Positions 17,839-27,425 are shown, counted from the first letter of the stretch. The stretch: DNA of 64,000 bases from an uncultured Gammaproteobacteria bacterium (GCA_964345995.1 CAYFST010000001.1:269-64268); one strand, 5' to 3'. The notes: generated from the sequence alone by a model not told the origin. Translations and numbers: made by a program.

Positions 17839-19317
17839 TTAGGGTTGGTTTTCCGGTCGCATGATTGGGAAAAAGATAACATCGCGAAGATTAGGCTGGC
17901 CGGTAAGTAACGCCAAGATGCGGTCGATACCCATGCCCCAGCCCGTAATCGGCGGAAAGCCCATTTCCATGGCTTGGATAAAATCTTCATCAAGTTCAAA
18001 ACTTTCTTCATCTCCGGCTTCGCGGAATTCGGACTGGCGCACCATGCGCTCGCGTTGGTCCACGGGGTCAACAAGCTCGGAATAGGCTTTGATAAGTTCC
18101 CAGCCGGCGATGATGAATTGAAAGCTGTCGACAAGTCGAGAGTCATAGCTGTTACGACGCGCAAGCGGGAGCATGTCGGCAGTGTGATTGGTGAGGAACA
18201 TGGGCGCGATCAGCTCGGAGCGCACGGTATGCTTGTAGAGTTCGTCGACCAGTGTGCCCAAACCCTTGTTTTCCGCGTCTTCAACCTCGATGCCGCGAGA
18301 TTTCATGGCAGTGAGCAGTTCGGATGCTTCGTTGAATTCCAGCACATCAATGCCGGATTTTTGTTTGATAAGATCGGTGAGGCGGTAGCGCGGAATGGGT
18401 TGCGAAAGGTCGACAGTGTGTTTGGCGCCGGTTTTACCGACAACTTCGAATTGCAATGTACCGAATGTTTTTTGCAAAACTTCACGTAAGAATTTTTCCG
18501 TGAAATCCATGTTCCATTCGTAATCTTTATAGGCGACATAGTATTCGATTTGGGTGAATTCTTGCACGTGCGACGGGTCGGATCCTTCATTGCGGAAACA
18601 TTTGGCGGTTTCAAAAACACGGTCATAGCCGCCGCCGATTAAGCGCTTGAGATATGTTTCGGGCGAGATGCGTAAAACCATGTCCATATCATAATCATTA
18701 TGATGCGTGTTAAATGGTCGAGCGGCGGCGCCTGTGGCGACAGAGGTGAGGATTGGAGTTTCGACCTCCATAAAGCCTTCGGACTCTAAGTAATCGCGGC
18801 AGTTGGAGACAAATTTACCTCGTAGTTTGAAGCGCTCGAATGATTCGCGGTTGGCGGCCAGATCCATTTCACGATGGCGGTAAATGAGTTCAACATCGCT
18901 TAAACCATGGAATTTTTCGGGAAGCGGGATAAGGCTTTTGCCCAGGATTTTGATGGAAGTCGCCCAAACGGTAGGCTCTCCGGTTTTGGTTGTGCCAAGC
19001 TTGCCGGTTACACCCAAAAAATCACCGCGATCGAGCAGGTCGGTGAGTTCGTAGTTTTCCGAGCCCACGTCGTCGACTTTGACGCCGACTTGGTGACGAC
19101 CGGATTCATCTTGCAGTTGGTAGAAAGCGAGTTTACCGATTACGCGTTGAAACATTATGCGCCCGCAGACTTTCACCTCATCCCCTTCTTTGAGATCCGC
19201 AAGGTCGATGAGTTCGTATGTGCGGTTGAATCTGGCCGGATGCGGTTCTATCCCCTTTTTAATCAGCGCCTCGCGGCGGTTGAGGCGATCTTGACGTTCG
19301 TCTGTTTGTTGTGCCAT
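17839..19317 (-). CDS. lysS: lysine--tRNA ligase, class II
   Basis: N-terminal OB anticodon-binding domain, FRNEG motif 2 region, GWGMGIDRI motif 3. The ORF-track start at 19326 is TTG; ATG lies at 19315-19317. Confidence 0.93.
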   Translation of the reverse strand: MAQQTDERQDRLNRREALIKKGIEPHPARFNRTYELIDLADLKEGDEVKVCGRIMFQRVIGKLAFYQLQDESGRHQVGVKVDDVGSENYELTDLLDRGDFLGVTGKLGTTKTGEPTVWATSIKILGKSLIPLPEKFHGLSDVELIYRHREMDLAANRESFERFKLRGKFVSNCRDYLESEGFMEVETPILTSVATGAAARPFNTHHNDYDMDMVLRISPETYLKRLIGGGYDRVFETAKCFRNEGSDPSHVQEFTQIEYYVAYKDYEWNMDFTEKFLREVLQKTFGTLQFEVVGKTGAKHTVDLSQPIPRYRLTDLIKQKSGIDVLEFNEASELLTAMKSRGIEVEDAENKGLGTLVDELYKHTVRSELIAPMFLTNHTADMLPLARRNSYDSRLVDSFQFIIAGWELIKAYSELVDPVDQRERMVRQSEFREAGDEESFELDEDFIQAMEMGFPPITGWGMGIDRILALLTGQPNLRDVIFFPIMRPENQP

Positions 19318-19660
19318 ATGAGCCAAATCTTAGCTTTTTCGCTAACTTTTGGCAATAACCAACAAAATTTCAAGGACACAAGATATAAATAAATTTCAAA
19401 TCTCAATACATAATAACCATATGGCTCGGTTTCTATTTTGTAACTTGATGATTGTAATTTGTTTGTACCCTTGATATTTAGGGGTGCAGAGTCTCGACAC
19501 ATCGGTTAAGGTTTAGCGCATACAAGGAGGTTTCCCGATAAGTAGACCTCGTCCCCGCACCTGAAAACAAAAAGCTTTCACACTTGCTCACGAGCGGACC
19601 CGTGGTGAAGGCTGTTTCCTATCATACTCTTGTTCAAATCCGATCGTATTCCACGACCAT

Positions 19661-19699
19661 ATGAAAAATCGCCCTATCTGAATGGTAAAGCGATTTTTC
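19661..19699 (-). terminator. A/T-rich hairpin immediately 3' of the tRNA
   Basis: AAAATCGC (19665-19672) pairs with GCGATTTT (19690-19697), followed by a minus-strand T-run. The loop is 17 nt, so this is weak. Confidence 0.35.
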
Positions 19700-19777
19700 T
19701 GGCGGGTCCGACCGGATTCGAACCGGCGATCTTCACAGTGACAGTGTGACGTGTTAACCAGGCTACACCACGAACCC
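19700..19777 (-). tRNA. tRNA-Asp (anticodon GUC), CCA encoded
   Basis: Hand-folded reverse complement: GGGTTCG TG GTGT AGCCTGGTTA ACAC G TCACA CTGTCAC TGTGA AGATC GCCGG TTCGAAT CCGGT CGGACCC G CCA. All four stems pair, with one G-U in the acceptor stem. Discriminator is G73. Confidence 0.93.
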
Positions 19778-19872
19778 ATATTCTTTTGTGAGCCGTAATG
19801 TATCATAAGGCTAAAAATATGGCAAGATGAATGACACGATATTTAAAACAGCCATTACGGCTGTTTTTGGGT

Positions 19873-21285
19873 TTAGTCTATGGGGACAAACTTTTTGATG
19901 GGGATATGGGCCAAATCTGAGTTTTTAATACCCAAGCTGTGATAACGCATGAGTCGGTAGGCTTCGGTGCCGTCTTTTAGGTAGATGACCATACCGTCGG
20001 CAGGGTTGATGTAATATGCTTCGCCGTGAGCTGCCACTTGCAAAACAATGCGACCTTTGAGCCTGTTAACAAGATTTGTATCGCCATTTTTGATTTTTTC
20101 CAAGTCAGCGTTTGTGATACCCAAACCAAAAGCGCGAAGCATTTCATACGCCGTGGGGCCGTCTTTCATGTAATAACGATTCTTGGTTGTAGGGTCCAGA
20201 TACCAAGCCTCGCCGTGGTCTTCGACTTGCAGAAGAATGTGGCCGGCGAGGCGGTCCACCAAACGAGCATCATCGGGTTGTAATTTATCAATTTCTGATT
20301 GCACGTAAGCGTCGTTGGTTTGATCGGTATCGATTTTAATTTCCGGAATTTGTATTTCATCTTTGGTAATCGGATCTTTGATTGTATCGCTATTATCATC
20401 GGTAAGAGGCATGCAAGCGTAAGCATCATCATCCCAAGCATAGCCTTCGGTGCAAAAACAATCATCGACTTCAGTGTCAAAATAGCCGTTTTCCAAATCT
20501 ATGCACATACCGGAAGAACCGGATAAAGTGATATCGTTGGCTAAAAGAAAATAATTTATTATTGGCAGAGAGATTAAATAGCCCACGCTGTCTGAATCGA
20601 CGGCTATTTCCGTGGGAATGCCCACAAAATTGTTAAAATCGTCAAATGCGGCTCCGCCCGACGAGCCATGGTCGATATCAGCATCGGTTTTAACGCGCCA
20701 TTCATAATATTCACCGTCATGAAACAGTGTTTCAAACCCGCTTACAGTTCCTTTGGTGTAATTGATGCTATCGCCTCCGGTGCCGGGATATCCCAAAATG
20801 GTAATACTTTCGCCTATGGAGAGGCCGTAACCTTCGTAAAGTTCGGGAACATGGGCTGAAGGTAAAAACGTGCCGTATTCGCTTTTGAACTGTTCGAAAG
20901 TGATTTTATTTTTATCTTCTTCGATAAAATATTTTATTTTCATTACCGCTACGTCCAGATCTTCGTCGTAAGCTACAGATTCCAAGACAAAATTGCATAA
21001 AGGAGTTTTGGTTTCGTCGTATGTAAAACAAAAAATCGCTTCCCGGTCCGAGTTTATTAGAACGTCTTGAACTACATGATAGTTTGTAAGAATGTGACCG
21101 TCGTCATCAATAACCGTGCCCGAACCCGAGCTTACAACTTCACTGTACTCAAATTTATCTGTAAAGATCATGATACGGCCCACGGAATATAATTCGTTGT
21201 ATCTAATTGAAGCTTCCGCCGGATTGATGCTTGCAAAAAGGATAAACGTTAACGGTAATAAAAAAACACTATAAAAAAGTTTCAT
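19873..21285 (-). CDS. secreted trypsin-like (S1-family) serine protease with a Cys-rich spacer and two C-terminal 63-aa repeats
   Basis: Signal peptide. Triad contexts LTNYHVV (His), DVAVMKI (Asp) and GSSGGAAFD (Ser). Confidence 0.8.
   Translation of the reverse strand: MKLFYSVFLLPLTFILFASINPAEASIRYNELYSVGRIMIFTDKFEYSEVVSSGSGTVIDDDGHILTNYHVVQDVLINSDREAIFCFTYDETKTPLCNFVLESVAYDEDLDVAVMKIKYFIEEDKNKITFEQFKSEYGTFLPSAHVPELYEGYGLSIGESITILGYPGTGGDSINYTKGTVSGFETLFHDGEYYEWRVKTDADIDHGSSGGAAFDDFNNFVGIPTEIAVDSDSVGYLISLPIINYFLLANDITLSGSSGMCIDLENGYFDTEVDDCFCTEGYAWDDDAYACMPLTDDNSDTIKDPITKDEIQIPEIKIDTDQTNDAYVQSEIDKLQPDDARLVDRLAGHILLQVEDHGEAWYLDPTTKNRYYMKDGPTAYEMLRAFGLGITNADLEKIKNGDTNLVNRLKGRIVLQVAAHGEAYYINPADGMVIYLKDGTEAYRLMRYHSLGIKNSDLAHIPIKKFVPID
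19900..20253 (-). repeat. two tandem 63-aa protein repeats (RL.G.I.LQV..HGEA.Y..P......Y.KDG..AY..(M/L)R...LGI.N.DL..I)
   Basis: aa 345-407 and 408-462 of the protease align residue for residue. Confidence 0.85.
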
Positions 21286-21401
21286 AATAATTGCATAATC
21301 TTTATAAATCCATTATACCTAAATTTGATTAAAAAGCGACTCTTGTAGCATTCTCAGTCAAATACTAGTCAAATTCTGTTGATGTGCTAAATTGTGGATA
21401 T

Positions 21402-21815
21402 ATGGCATATTGGCTCATGAAGACCAATCCTGAGGTTTTTAGCTGGGATAGGTTAAAAGAAAACGGAAAAACGCGTTGGGACGGTATTAGAAACTACCAA
21501 GCACGCAATAATATCCGGGAAATGAAGCCCGGGGATTTAGCGTTTATGTTTCATACGGACCCGGAACCCGGAGTAGTCGGAGTGATGAAAATCATGAGTG
21601 AGGCTTATGACGACCCCACCACAAGCGAAGGAAATTGGTCGGTTATTGATGTTGAGTCGGTTGTGGAGATGACAAGAATGGTAAGCCAAGACGAGATCCG
21701 TAATACACCGGTGCTAAATATCTTGCCGATTAAAAGCCAGCCAAAGTTGACAGTGATGCCGGTTTCGGAGGAACAGTGGGAGCTGATATTGAGGATCGGA
21801 AAAACCTCACTATAA
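21402..21815 (+). CDS. EVE (PUA-like) domain protein
   Basis: YWLMKTNPEVFSWDRL...RWDGIRNYQARNNIREMKPGDLAFMFHT. The ORF-track start at 21384 is GTG; ATG lies at 21402. Confidence 0.75.
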   Translation: MAYWLMKTNPEVFSWDRLKENGKTRWDGIRNYQARNNIREMKPGDLAFMFHTDPEPGVVGVMKIMSEAYDDPTTSEGNWSVIDVESVVEMTRMVSQDEIRNTPVLNILPIKSQPKLTVMPVSEEQWELILRIGKTSL

Positions 21816-21884
21816 ATTTCAAATTAAATCTCGATGCCGATTACGAACGAATTCCTATGTCGACAAAGGGATATTTTCATATAT

Positions 21885-21914
21885 AAAAACCCCCGCAAAA
21901 AGATTCGCGGAGGG
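21885..21914 (-). terminator. intrinsic terminator, about 380 nt downstream of the pyk stop
   Basis: Minus strand reads CCCTCCGC-gaatcttttt-GCGGGGG-TTTTTATATAT. The stem is 7 bp including one G-U. Confidence 0.6.
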
Positions 21915-22296
21915 AAAAGTGACACAGTGCGGTTTGGCGACCGCGCAAACGGCGAGACCAAGAATCCTCCCACATTCTAAACTCATTGTGCCACCCATGG
22001 ATATTTGCCTGGGTTCTGCGTAGCCTTGCCTAATAAGTCAATTTTATACAGGATTAGAGCCTATACGTGGCCAAGAAATAACATGCTTTGAAAGATAAAA
22101 AATCGAATACTATTTAAGAGGCAAAGTAAAGAAAAGGCGGATAGCCAAATAAATTGATGAGGCGGGTCAATTAAAAAATATTTTGGTAGCCATAATAACC
22201 AAATCAGCAAAATGAATATTAAAATTTGGAGCTTGTGATTTGTTTGTATCTTGAAATTTGTTTCCCGGTTGGTTACATGCTTGTGATTTTAATTAA

Positions 22297-23733
22297 TTAG
22301 ATTTTCACGATTTCGACTGAATTGATATTACCCGGGACTCCCACCGGAGTGCCGGTGATGAGGATTATATGGCTACCGGGTTTAGCATATTTATTGTCTT
22401 TGAGGTAAGCGATCGCGCCCGCTACCAAAGAGTCCGCATCTTTGTATTTGGGCAATGTGAAAGGGATTACGCCCCAGGACATGGCCAGTTGGCGGCGAAT
22501 GCGTTTATCGTGCGTGGCGACCAATATCGGAAGCTCGGCACGGTAGCGGCTCACGACCCGCGCGGCATTACCTGTCATGGAAGTAACCAAGATGAGCTTG
22601 GCGGCAGTTGACTTGGCAAGAATTGCGCCCACATTGGTGACGGCTTCTTCATCACTTTTGAAGCGTTTGATTTCGGTAAGGTTGGCATCGTCAAACTTGG
22701 AGCTCTCGGTTTTTTGAGCAATACGCGCCATGGTTTTTACAGCATCGACGGGGTAACTGCCGACCGCGGTTTCACCTGAAAGCATGATGGCATCCGTATG
22801 ATCGATGATTGCATTTGCCACGTCGGAGACTTCGGCGCGCGTGGGGCGCGGGTTACGAATCATGGAATCAAGCATTTGCGTAGCAACCACTACGGGCTTG
22901 GCGGCATGGCGAGCTTTTTCGATTAATGATTTTTGAATTAACGGTACTTCCTCGGCCGGAATTTCGATGCCCAAATCGCCGCGCGCGACCATAATAGCGT
23001 CCACGGCTTTGAGGATGTTATCGATATCGTCCACTGCTTCGCGTTTTTCTATTTTGGCTATAATGCGAATTGAATGGGCGGATTTTTTCTTGTGCTTTTT
23101 CTCGTATTTAGCGATGAGTTTGCGCAGATCTTCGACCTCGGAGGCGGAGCGAACAAAGGAGAGCGCCATCCAATCAACATCGTTTATAACGCCAAACTCG
23201 GCATCTTTTTTGTCTTTCGGGGACAGGGCCGAAGTGCTGACTGTGGTATCGGGCAGATTGATGCCTTTGTGGGATTTGAGCAAGCCGCCCGTGCCGACCC
23301 GGCAGTGAATATCCCGGCCGCTGACTTTTACGACTTTTATATCCAAAAGGCCATCGTCCATGAGTATTTTTTGACCGACTTTGGCATCTTTGTGCAAATC
23401 TTTGTAGGTGACGGGGATCTTGTTTTTTGTTGGTTTGGATGCGGTTGTGAGGACGAGTGTTTGACCAGATTGAATTTCCATGCCCTCGCCTAAATCACCG
23501 GTGCGGATCTTGGGACCTTGTAAATCCTGCAGAACCGCTACAGCCAAACCTTTTTTCTTGGATGCTGTTCTTATGCGCTTGAGCAATGTTTTATGATCTT
23601 CGTGCGTGCCATGGGAAAAGTTTAAGCGAGCCACGTTCATGCCCGCGTCTATAAGCTCTGCGAGTGTATTTGGACTGGATGAAGCCGGACCGATAGTGCA
23701 GACGATCTTTGTGCGTTTTTTGTGTTTACTCAT
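22297..23733 (-). CDS. pyk: pyruvate kinase
   Basis: RLNFSHG, IIAKIEKREA, MVARGDLGIEIP, ATQMLDSM, plus the C-terminal regulatory domain. Confidence 0.95.
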   Translation of the reverse strand: MSKHKKRTKIVCTIGPASSSPNTLAELIDAGMNVARLNFSHGTHEDHKTLLKRIRTASKKKGLAVAVLQDLQGPKIRTGDLGEGMEIQSGQTLVLTTASKPTKNKIPVTYKDLHKDAKVGQKILMDDGLLDIKVVKVSGRDIHCRVGTGGLLKSHKGINLPDTTVSTSALSPKDKKDAEFGVINDVDWMALSFVRSASEVEDLRKLIAKYEKKHKKKSAHSIRIIAKIEKREAVDDIDNILKAVDAIMVARGDLGIEIPAEEVPLIQKSLIEKARHAAKPVVVATQMLDSMIRNPRPTRAEVSDVANAIIDHTDAIMLSGETAVGSYPVDAVKTMARIAQKTESSKFDDANLTEIKRFKSDEEAVTNVGAILAKSTAAKLILVTSMTGNAARVVSRYRAELPILVATHDKRIRRQLAMSWGVIPFTLPKYKDADSLVAGAIAYLKDNKYAKPGSHIILITGTPVGVPGNINSVEIVKI

Positions 23734-23871
23734 AATGACTACATATTAACACAAAGTGCTCGAAGATCGAACTACAAACAAGCAACAAGCGACACGTAAT
23801 AAGTGACAAAAGTAATCGGAATAACCGTAAAACTTAGTAGCTCTTGTAACGTGTTACTTTTGACTTGTTAC

Positions 23872-23897
23872 AAAATAACGAGCTTATGCTCGTTATT
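23872..23897 (-). terminator. strong hairpin overlapping the htrA-like stop codon
   Basis: AATAACGAGC (23874-23883) pairs with GCTCGTTATT (23888-23897) around a 4-nt loop. On the minus strand the T-run is partly inside the stem (..GTTATTTTG). Confidence 0.5.
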
Positions 23898-25170
23898 CTC
23901 TTTCTTCGAGTGTGACTTTAATCGTTCGTTCTTCGCCGGCACGGGAGATCTTGAGAATTATTTCCTCGCCCGGAATTCTACCGGCAATGGCGCGAACCAG
24001 CGAGTGTTCGGGAGTAATTTTCTTATCTTCGACTTCGAGGATGATGTCATTTTCTCTAAGGCCGGCTTTATCGGCCGGAGAACCGGGAATGACAGCCAGC
24101 TCGGACGGATCTTGGCCGCGGAGGATAATGGCCCCGTGCTCAACTTGAAGATTGTTTTTTTTAATAAGTTCATCTGTAACGAGTTGGTAGCGGACTCCGA
24201 GCCATGCTCTGGCAATTTTACCGGTTTCTCTAACCTGTTTTAATCCGCGTTGGATAAGATTGGAGGGCAGAGCAAAACCTATAAGCTGACCACGAAGCGA
24301 CATGGCAGTGTTGACGCCAATGACTTGGCCATCGAGATTTAAAAGCGGACCGCCGGAGTTGCCCGGATTGATAGCCGCGTCGGTTTGGATAGCCTGCTCC
24401 AGCACCTCGGAGGTTCCATTGCCCGTACCGGCCATGAGCGTGCGGTTAAGGCCTGAGATGATGCCGCTTGTCACGGTATTGCGGAATTCATCCAGGGCAT
24501 TGCCAATGGCGAGCACGGATTGGCCGAGTTTGATTTGGTCGGAATCGGCAAATTCGAGATAGGAAAAATCTTGTCCTTCAATTTTTAGATACGCTAGGTC
24601 GTAAACAGGGTCACGGGCCAACACACTCGCCTCGTACTCCTCTCCATCATTTGTTATAACCGTATAATCCGCATCAACCTGATCGACCACGTGTTTATTT
24701 GTCACTATCATACCGTCGGAACTAACGAGAAATCCCGAACCGCCGCCGATTTGAGTTTCTTCGTATTCGGTCTCACCTTGAGGCGCGGAATCAAATCTCC
24801 TTTGCCCAAAAAAGTCTTGAAAAAACGGATCATTAAAGAATTCTTCAAAAAACGGGTTATTGATACCGCGGCGGTACTTGGGTAAATCTTTGGTTACGGC
24901 AATAGCGACAACCGCGGGCTGAACCTTTTCGATGACAGCGGGCACATGTTCATCCCATGAGCCGAATTCTTTTTCTGCTGTTTCAGCCGGTACTTTTGCA
25001 ACATTGTTTTGCGGCGAAACGACCTCTTCGGCCATATTGCCGGGCAAGGCAAAGAAACCACGGAGCTCTTCATTGTCCGCGTAATTGATGAAAAGCGCCA
25101 ATGCGACAGCGGTACCTAAAATACCGGTCGCAAAAGACGTGATAATTACGGAAAATTTGCTTTTATCCAT
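23893..25170 (-). CDS. HtrA/DegP-family serine protease with one PDZ domain
   Basis: N-terminal TM. TNKHVV (His), DLAYLKI (Asp), GNSGGPLLN (Ser). PDZ segment GSPADKAGLRENDIILEV. Confidence 0.9.
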   Translation of the reverse strand: MDKSKFSVIITSFATGILGTAVALALFINYADNEELRGFFALPGNMAEEVVSPQNNVAKVPAETAEKEFGSWDEHVPAVIEKVQPAVVAIAVTKDLPKYRRGINNPFFEEFFNDPFFQDFFGQRRFDSAPQGETEYEETQIGGGSGFLVSSDGMIVTNKHVVDQVDADYTVITNDGEEYEASVLARDPVYDLAYLKIEGQDFSYLEFADSDQIKLGQSVLAIGNALDEFRNTVTSGIISGLNRTLMAGTGNGTSEVLEQAIQTDAAINPGNSGGPLLNLDGQVIGVNTAMSLRGQLIGFALPSNLIQRGLKQVRETGKIARAWLGVRYQLVTDELIKKNNLQVEHGAIILRGQDPSELAVIPGSPADKAGLRENDIILEVEDKKITPEHSLVRAIAGRIPGEEIILKISRAGEERTIKVTLEERE

Positions 25171-25230
25171 AATAAATGCGGGTTAATTGTATTGTTGCTT
25201 ATTACGGTTTAACTTTGTAATTACTTTCAA

Positions 25231-25695
25231 TTATTTACGTTTTTTGCGGGTTCTTAATTCATCCAATGCTTTTTGAAAAGTTTGCACGTCTTCAAAAGCT
25301 CGGTAAACCGAGGCGTAGCGGATATAGGCTACTTTATCAAAACCTTTGAGGTGGTTCATGATTATTTCACCAAGATCGGAACTGGTTAACTCAGTGGAAC
25401 CCTTTTTAGCAATATCACTTTCCATGTGGTGCACTAAAGAACGAAAAGAATCCTCGGTGTAAGATCTTTTCTCGAGAGCTTTACGCAAACCCGATGTTAG
25501 TTTATCACGATTATATACTTCGCGGCGTCCATCTCGTTTTATAACCACAGTGTCCAGTAAAACAATTTCTTCAACCGTAGAGAAGCGATGACCGCAAGCA
25601 TCGCATGCCCGACGTCGGCGTACCGTAATACCGTCGTTTAAAAGCCTTGAATCCACGACTTTAGTATCTTCATTATGACAAACCGGGCAATGCAT
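25231..25695 (-). CDS. nrdR: transcriptional repressor NrdR
   Basis: MHCPVCHNEDTKVVDSR...CDACGHRF zinc ribbon followed by an ATP-cone. Confidence 0.92.
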   Translation of the reverse strand: MHCPVCHNEDTKVVDSRLLNDGITVRRRRACDACGHRFSTVEEIVLLDTVVIKRDGRREVYNRDKLTSGLRKALEKRSYTEDSFRSLVHHMESDIAKKGSTELTSSDLGEIIMNHLKGFDKVAYIRYASVYRAFEDVQTFQKALDELRTRKKRK

Positions 25696-25816
25696 ACACT
25701 AATTATACAAACATAATCAAATTTTCATCAAATATTAATAAATTATAACAAACATGTTTCATAATATTTGTTTCTTGGCTATGTTTGGAAAAGTTTGTTT
25801 TTTGCTATGCAAAAAA

Positions 25817-27121
25817 TTACATCATTTTTTTGCGAAACCAAGCCGGAATATCGGCAACCTCTTCTTCCTCGGATTTTTCTTTTTCAGAGGATACGCGAGG
25901 CGGAGGCGTCGATTGCTTAGAATCTTTATCCACAGGCGCGTAACTGGGAGGTTGGATATGCGGCTGATGCGTAGACGGCTTAGGTTCTGGAGATACTTCG
26001 GAACGTGACTGTTCTTCGGTTCGATTTGGAGTGGATGGAATTTCGACGTCTTGGGAAAATTGAACTTGTGGTTGTCTTTCAGGCACGGGCTTTTGAAAAG
26101 ACAACTTTTCGGAAGGCGCTTCTGTTTTATATGAACCTCCGGCGACAACAGACCTGTTTTGACCGGGCCTTTCATCAAAACCCGTGGCCATAACGGTAAC
26201 CTTGACTTCATCTTTTAAAGATTCGTCCAAGATCGCGCCAAAAATAATTCTAGCCTGAGAGTCAGCTGATTCGGTGATAACTTTGGCAGCTTCAGTGACT
26301 TCGTACATGCCCAAATTAGAACCGCCGGTTACTGTAAAGAGTATACCTTTGGCACCGTCGATGGATACCTCAAGAAGTGGCGAAGCAATGGCGGCTTTAG
26401 CGGCATCCGCGGCTCGATTCTCGCCGTTACCTTTGCCTATACCCATGAGCGCGGAACCGCGGTTTTCCATAATGGAGCGCGCATCCGCAAAATCAACGTT
26501 AATCAGACCCGGTACTGAAATGATGTCGGAGATACCCTGAACACCTTGGCGCAAAACATCATCAACTATTTCAAAAGCATCCATAATTGAGGTTTTACGA
26601 TCTATGATTTGTAAGATGCGGTCGTTGGGTATTGTAATAATTGTGTCAACGTGCTGATTTAGGCGTTCATGAGCTTGATCGGCTATAGCTTTACGTTGGT
26701 AACCTTCGAATTGAAACGGACGAGTAACAACCGCGACCGTCAGTATGCCCTGTTCGCGGGCTATTTCAGCTACCTTTGGAGTGGCGCCCGAGCCGGTTCC
26801 GCCGCCCAGACCACTTGTAATAAAAACCATGTCTGCGCCTTTGAGGGCTTCACGAATTTCATCAGCGCTTTCCTCAACTGCGCGCGCGCCGACTTCAGGG
26901 TTCATACCCGCGCCCAAACCGCGCGATACGGTTTTGCCAAGCTGTATTTTTTTATTCGCCATTGAAGCATGCAAAGCCTGGACATCAGTATTCATGACAA
27001 TAAATTCCACGCCGCGAATCTTAGCTTGAATCATGCGATTAACAGCCGAGCCACCCGAGCCACCAACGCCTATGACTTTGATTTTGGCTGAAGTTTCAAT
27101 CTCTGGTTTAATTTCTGGCAT
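25817..27121 (-). CDS. ftsZ: cell division protein FtsZ with long Pro/Ser/Glu-rich C-terminal linker
   Basis: GVGGSGGSAVNRM, tubulin signature GGGTGSG, NVDFAD. The ORF-track start at 27145 is TTG; ATG lies at 27119-27121. Confidence 0.95.
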   Translation of the reverse strand: MPEIKPEIETSAKIKVIGVGGSGGSAVNRMIQAKIRGVEFIVMNTDVQALHASMANKKIQLGKTVSRGLGAGMNPEVGARAVEESADEIREALKGADMVFITSGLGGGTGSGATPKVAEIAREQGILTVAVVTRPFQFEGYQRKAIADQAHERLNQHVDTIITIPNDRILQIIDRKTSIMDAFEIVDDVLRQGVQGISDIISVPGLINVDFADARSIMENRGSALMGIGKGNGENRAADAAKAAIASPLLEVSIDGAKGILFTVTGGSNLGMYEVTEAAKVITESADSQARIIFGAILDESLKDEVKVTVMATGFDERPGQNRSVVAGGSYKTEAPSEKLSFQKPVPERQPQVQFSQDVEIPSTPNRTEEQSRSEVSPEPKPSTHQPHIQPPSYAPVDKDSKQSTPPPRVSSEKEKSEEEEVADIPAWFRKKMM

Positions 27122-27289
27122 ATAATGAGTAATAAAAGTATACAAAGTAATGTCTATTGAGCTAAAAAACTGCTCTTTCGTCTTATGAGCTTACCCACTT
27201 GCAATATATGCGTCAAGCGTTTTTATATTGTTTGCTTTTATCGTTATCCACAACTTTTTCAAGTAAAAAATAGCAGTTCGTGGTTTGCA

Positions 27290-27316
27290 TCAAAACAATA
27301 AACCGACTTTAGTCGG
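27290..27316 (-). terminator. small hairpin after ftsA
   Basis: CCGAC-TTTA-GTCGG (27303-27316). On the minus strand it is followed by TTTATTGTTTTG. The stem is short. Confidence 0.3.
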
Positions 27317-27425
27317 CCTTTGATTTATAATTTTCCTTACGATCAAGTCAATACTTTGTATAGCAGGCCTCTAAATTCCGCATACTTGTGGCAGATTATG
27401 AATACAATATCTTGTAAAGATGTAA

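Noticed and set aside
17772-18164. A 130-aa minus-strand ORF overlapping the lysS 3' end.
   Set aside because: It is an alternative frame of a clearly recognisable lysS and has no independent signals.
19481-19562. GGGGTGCAGAGTCTCGAC on the plus strand looks like a tmRNA 5' end (GGGG....TTCGAC).
   Set aside because: No matching 3' acceptor strand (GCACCCC-ACCA) and no T-arm lie downstream. The space where the 3' half would sit is occupied by a well-folded tRNA-Asp on the other strand.
19601-19659. GTTCAAATCC...CCACGACCA resembles a tRNA T-loop plus a CCA end on the plus strand.
   Set aside because: The T-stem does not pair (TCTTG versus CCGAT). The candidate is only about 59 nt and has no D-arm or anticodon arm.
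21985-22000. CCATGGGTGGCAC on the minus strand resembles the T-box core GGGUGGUACCGCG.
   Set aside because: The match is partial. There is no specifier loop or Stem I features and no downstream aminoacyl-tRNA synthetase or amino-acid gene on that strand.
25822-26211. A 129-aa ORF in another frame of the ftsZ 3' region, and the plus-strand ORF at 25754-26008.
   Set aside because: They lie within the low-complexity Pro/Ser/Glu linker of FtsZ. The basic, repetitive products are typical of frame-shifted low-complexity sequence.
27244-27252. A perfect DnaA-box consensus TTATCCACA in the ftsA-ftsZ spacer, suggesting a possible oriC.
   Set aside because: I found only a single box, no cluster and no dnaA/dnaN nearby. 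One 9-mer in 64 kb of AT-rich DNA is not evidence for an origin.
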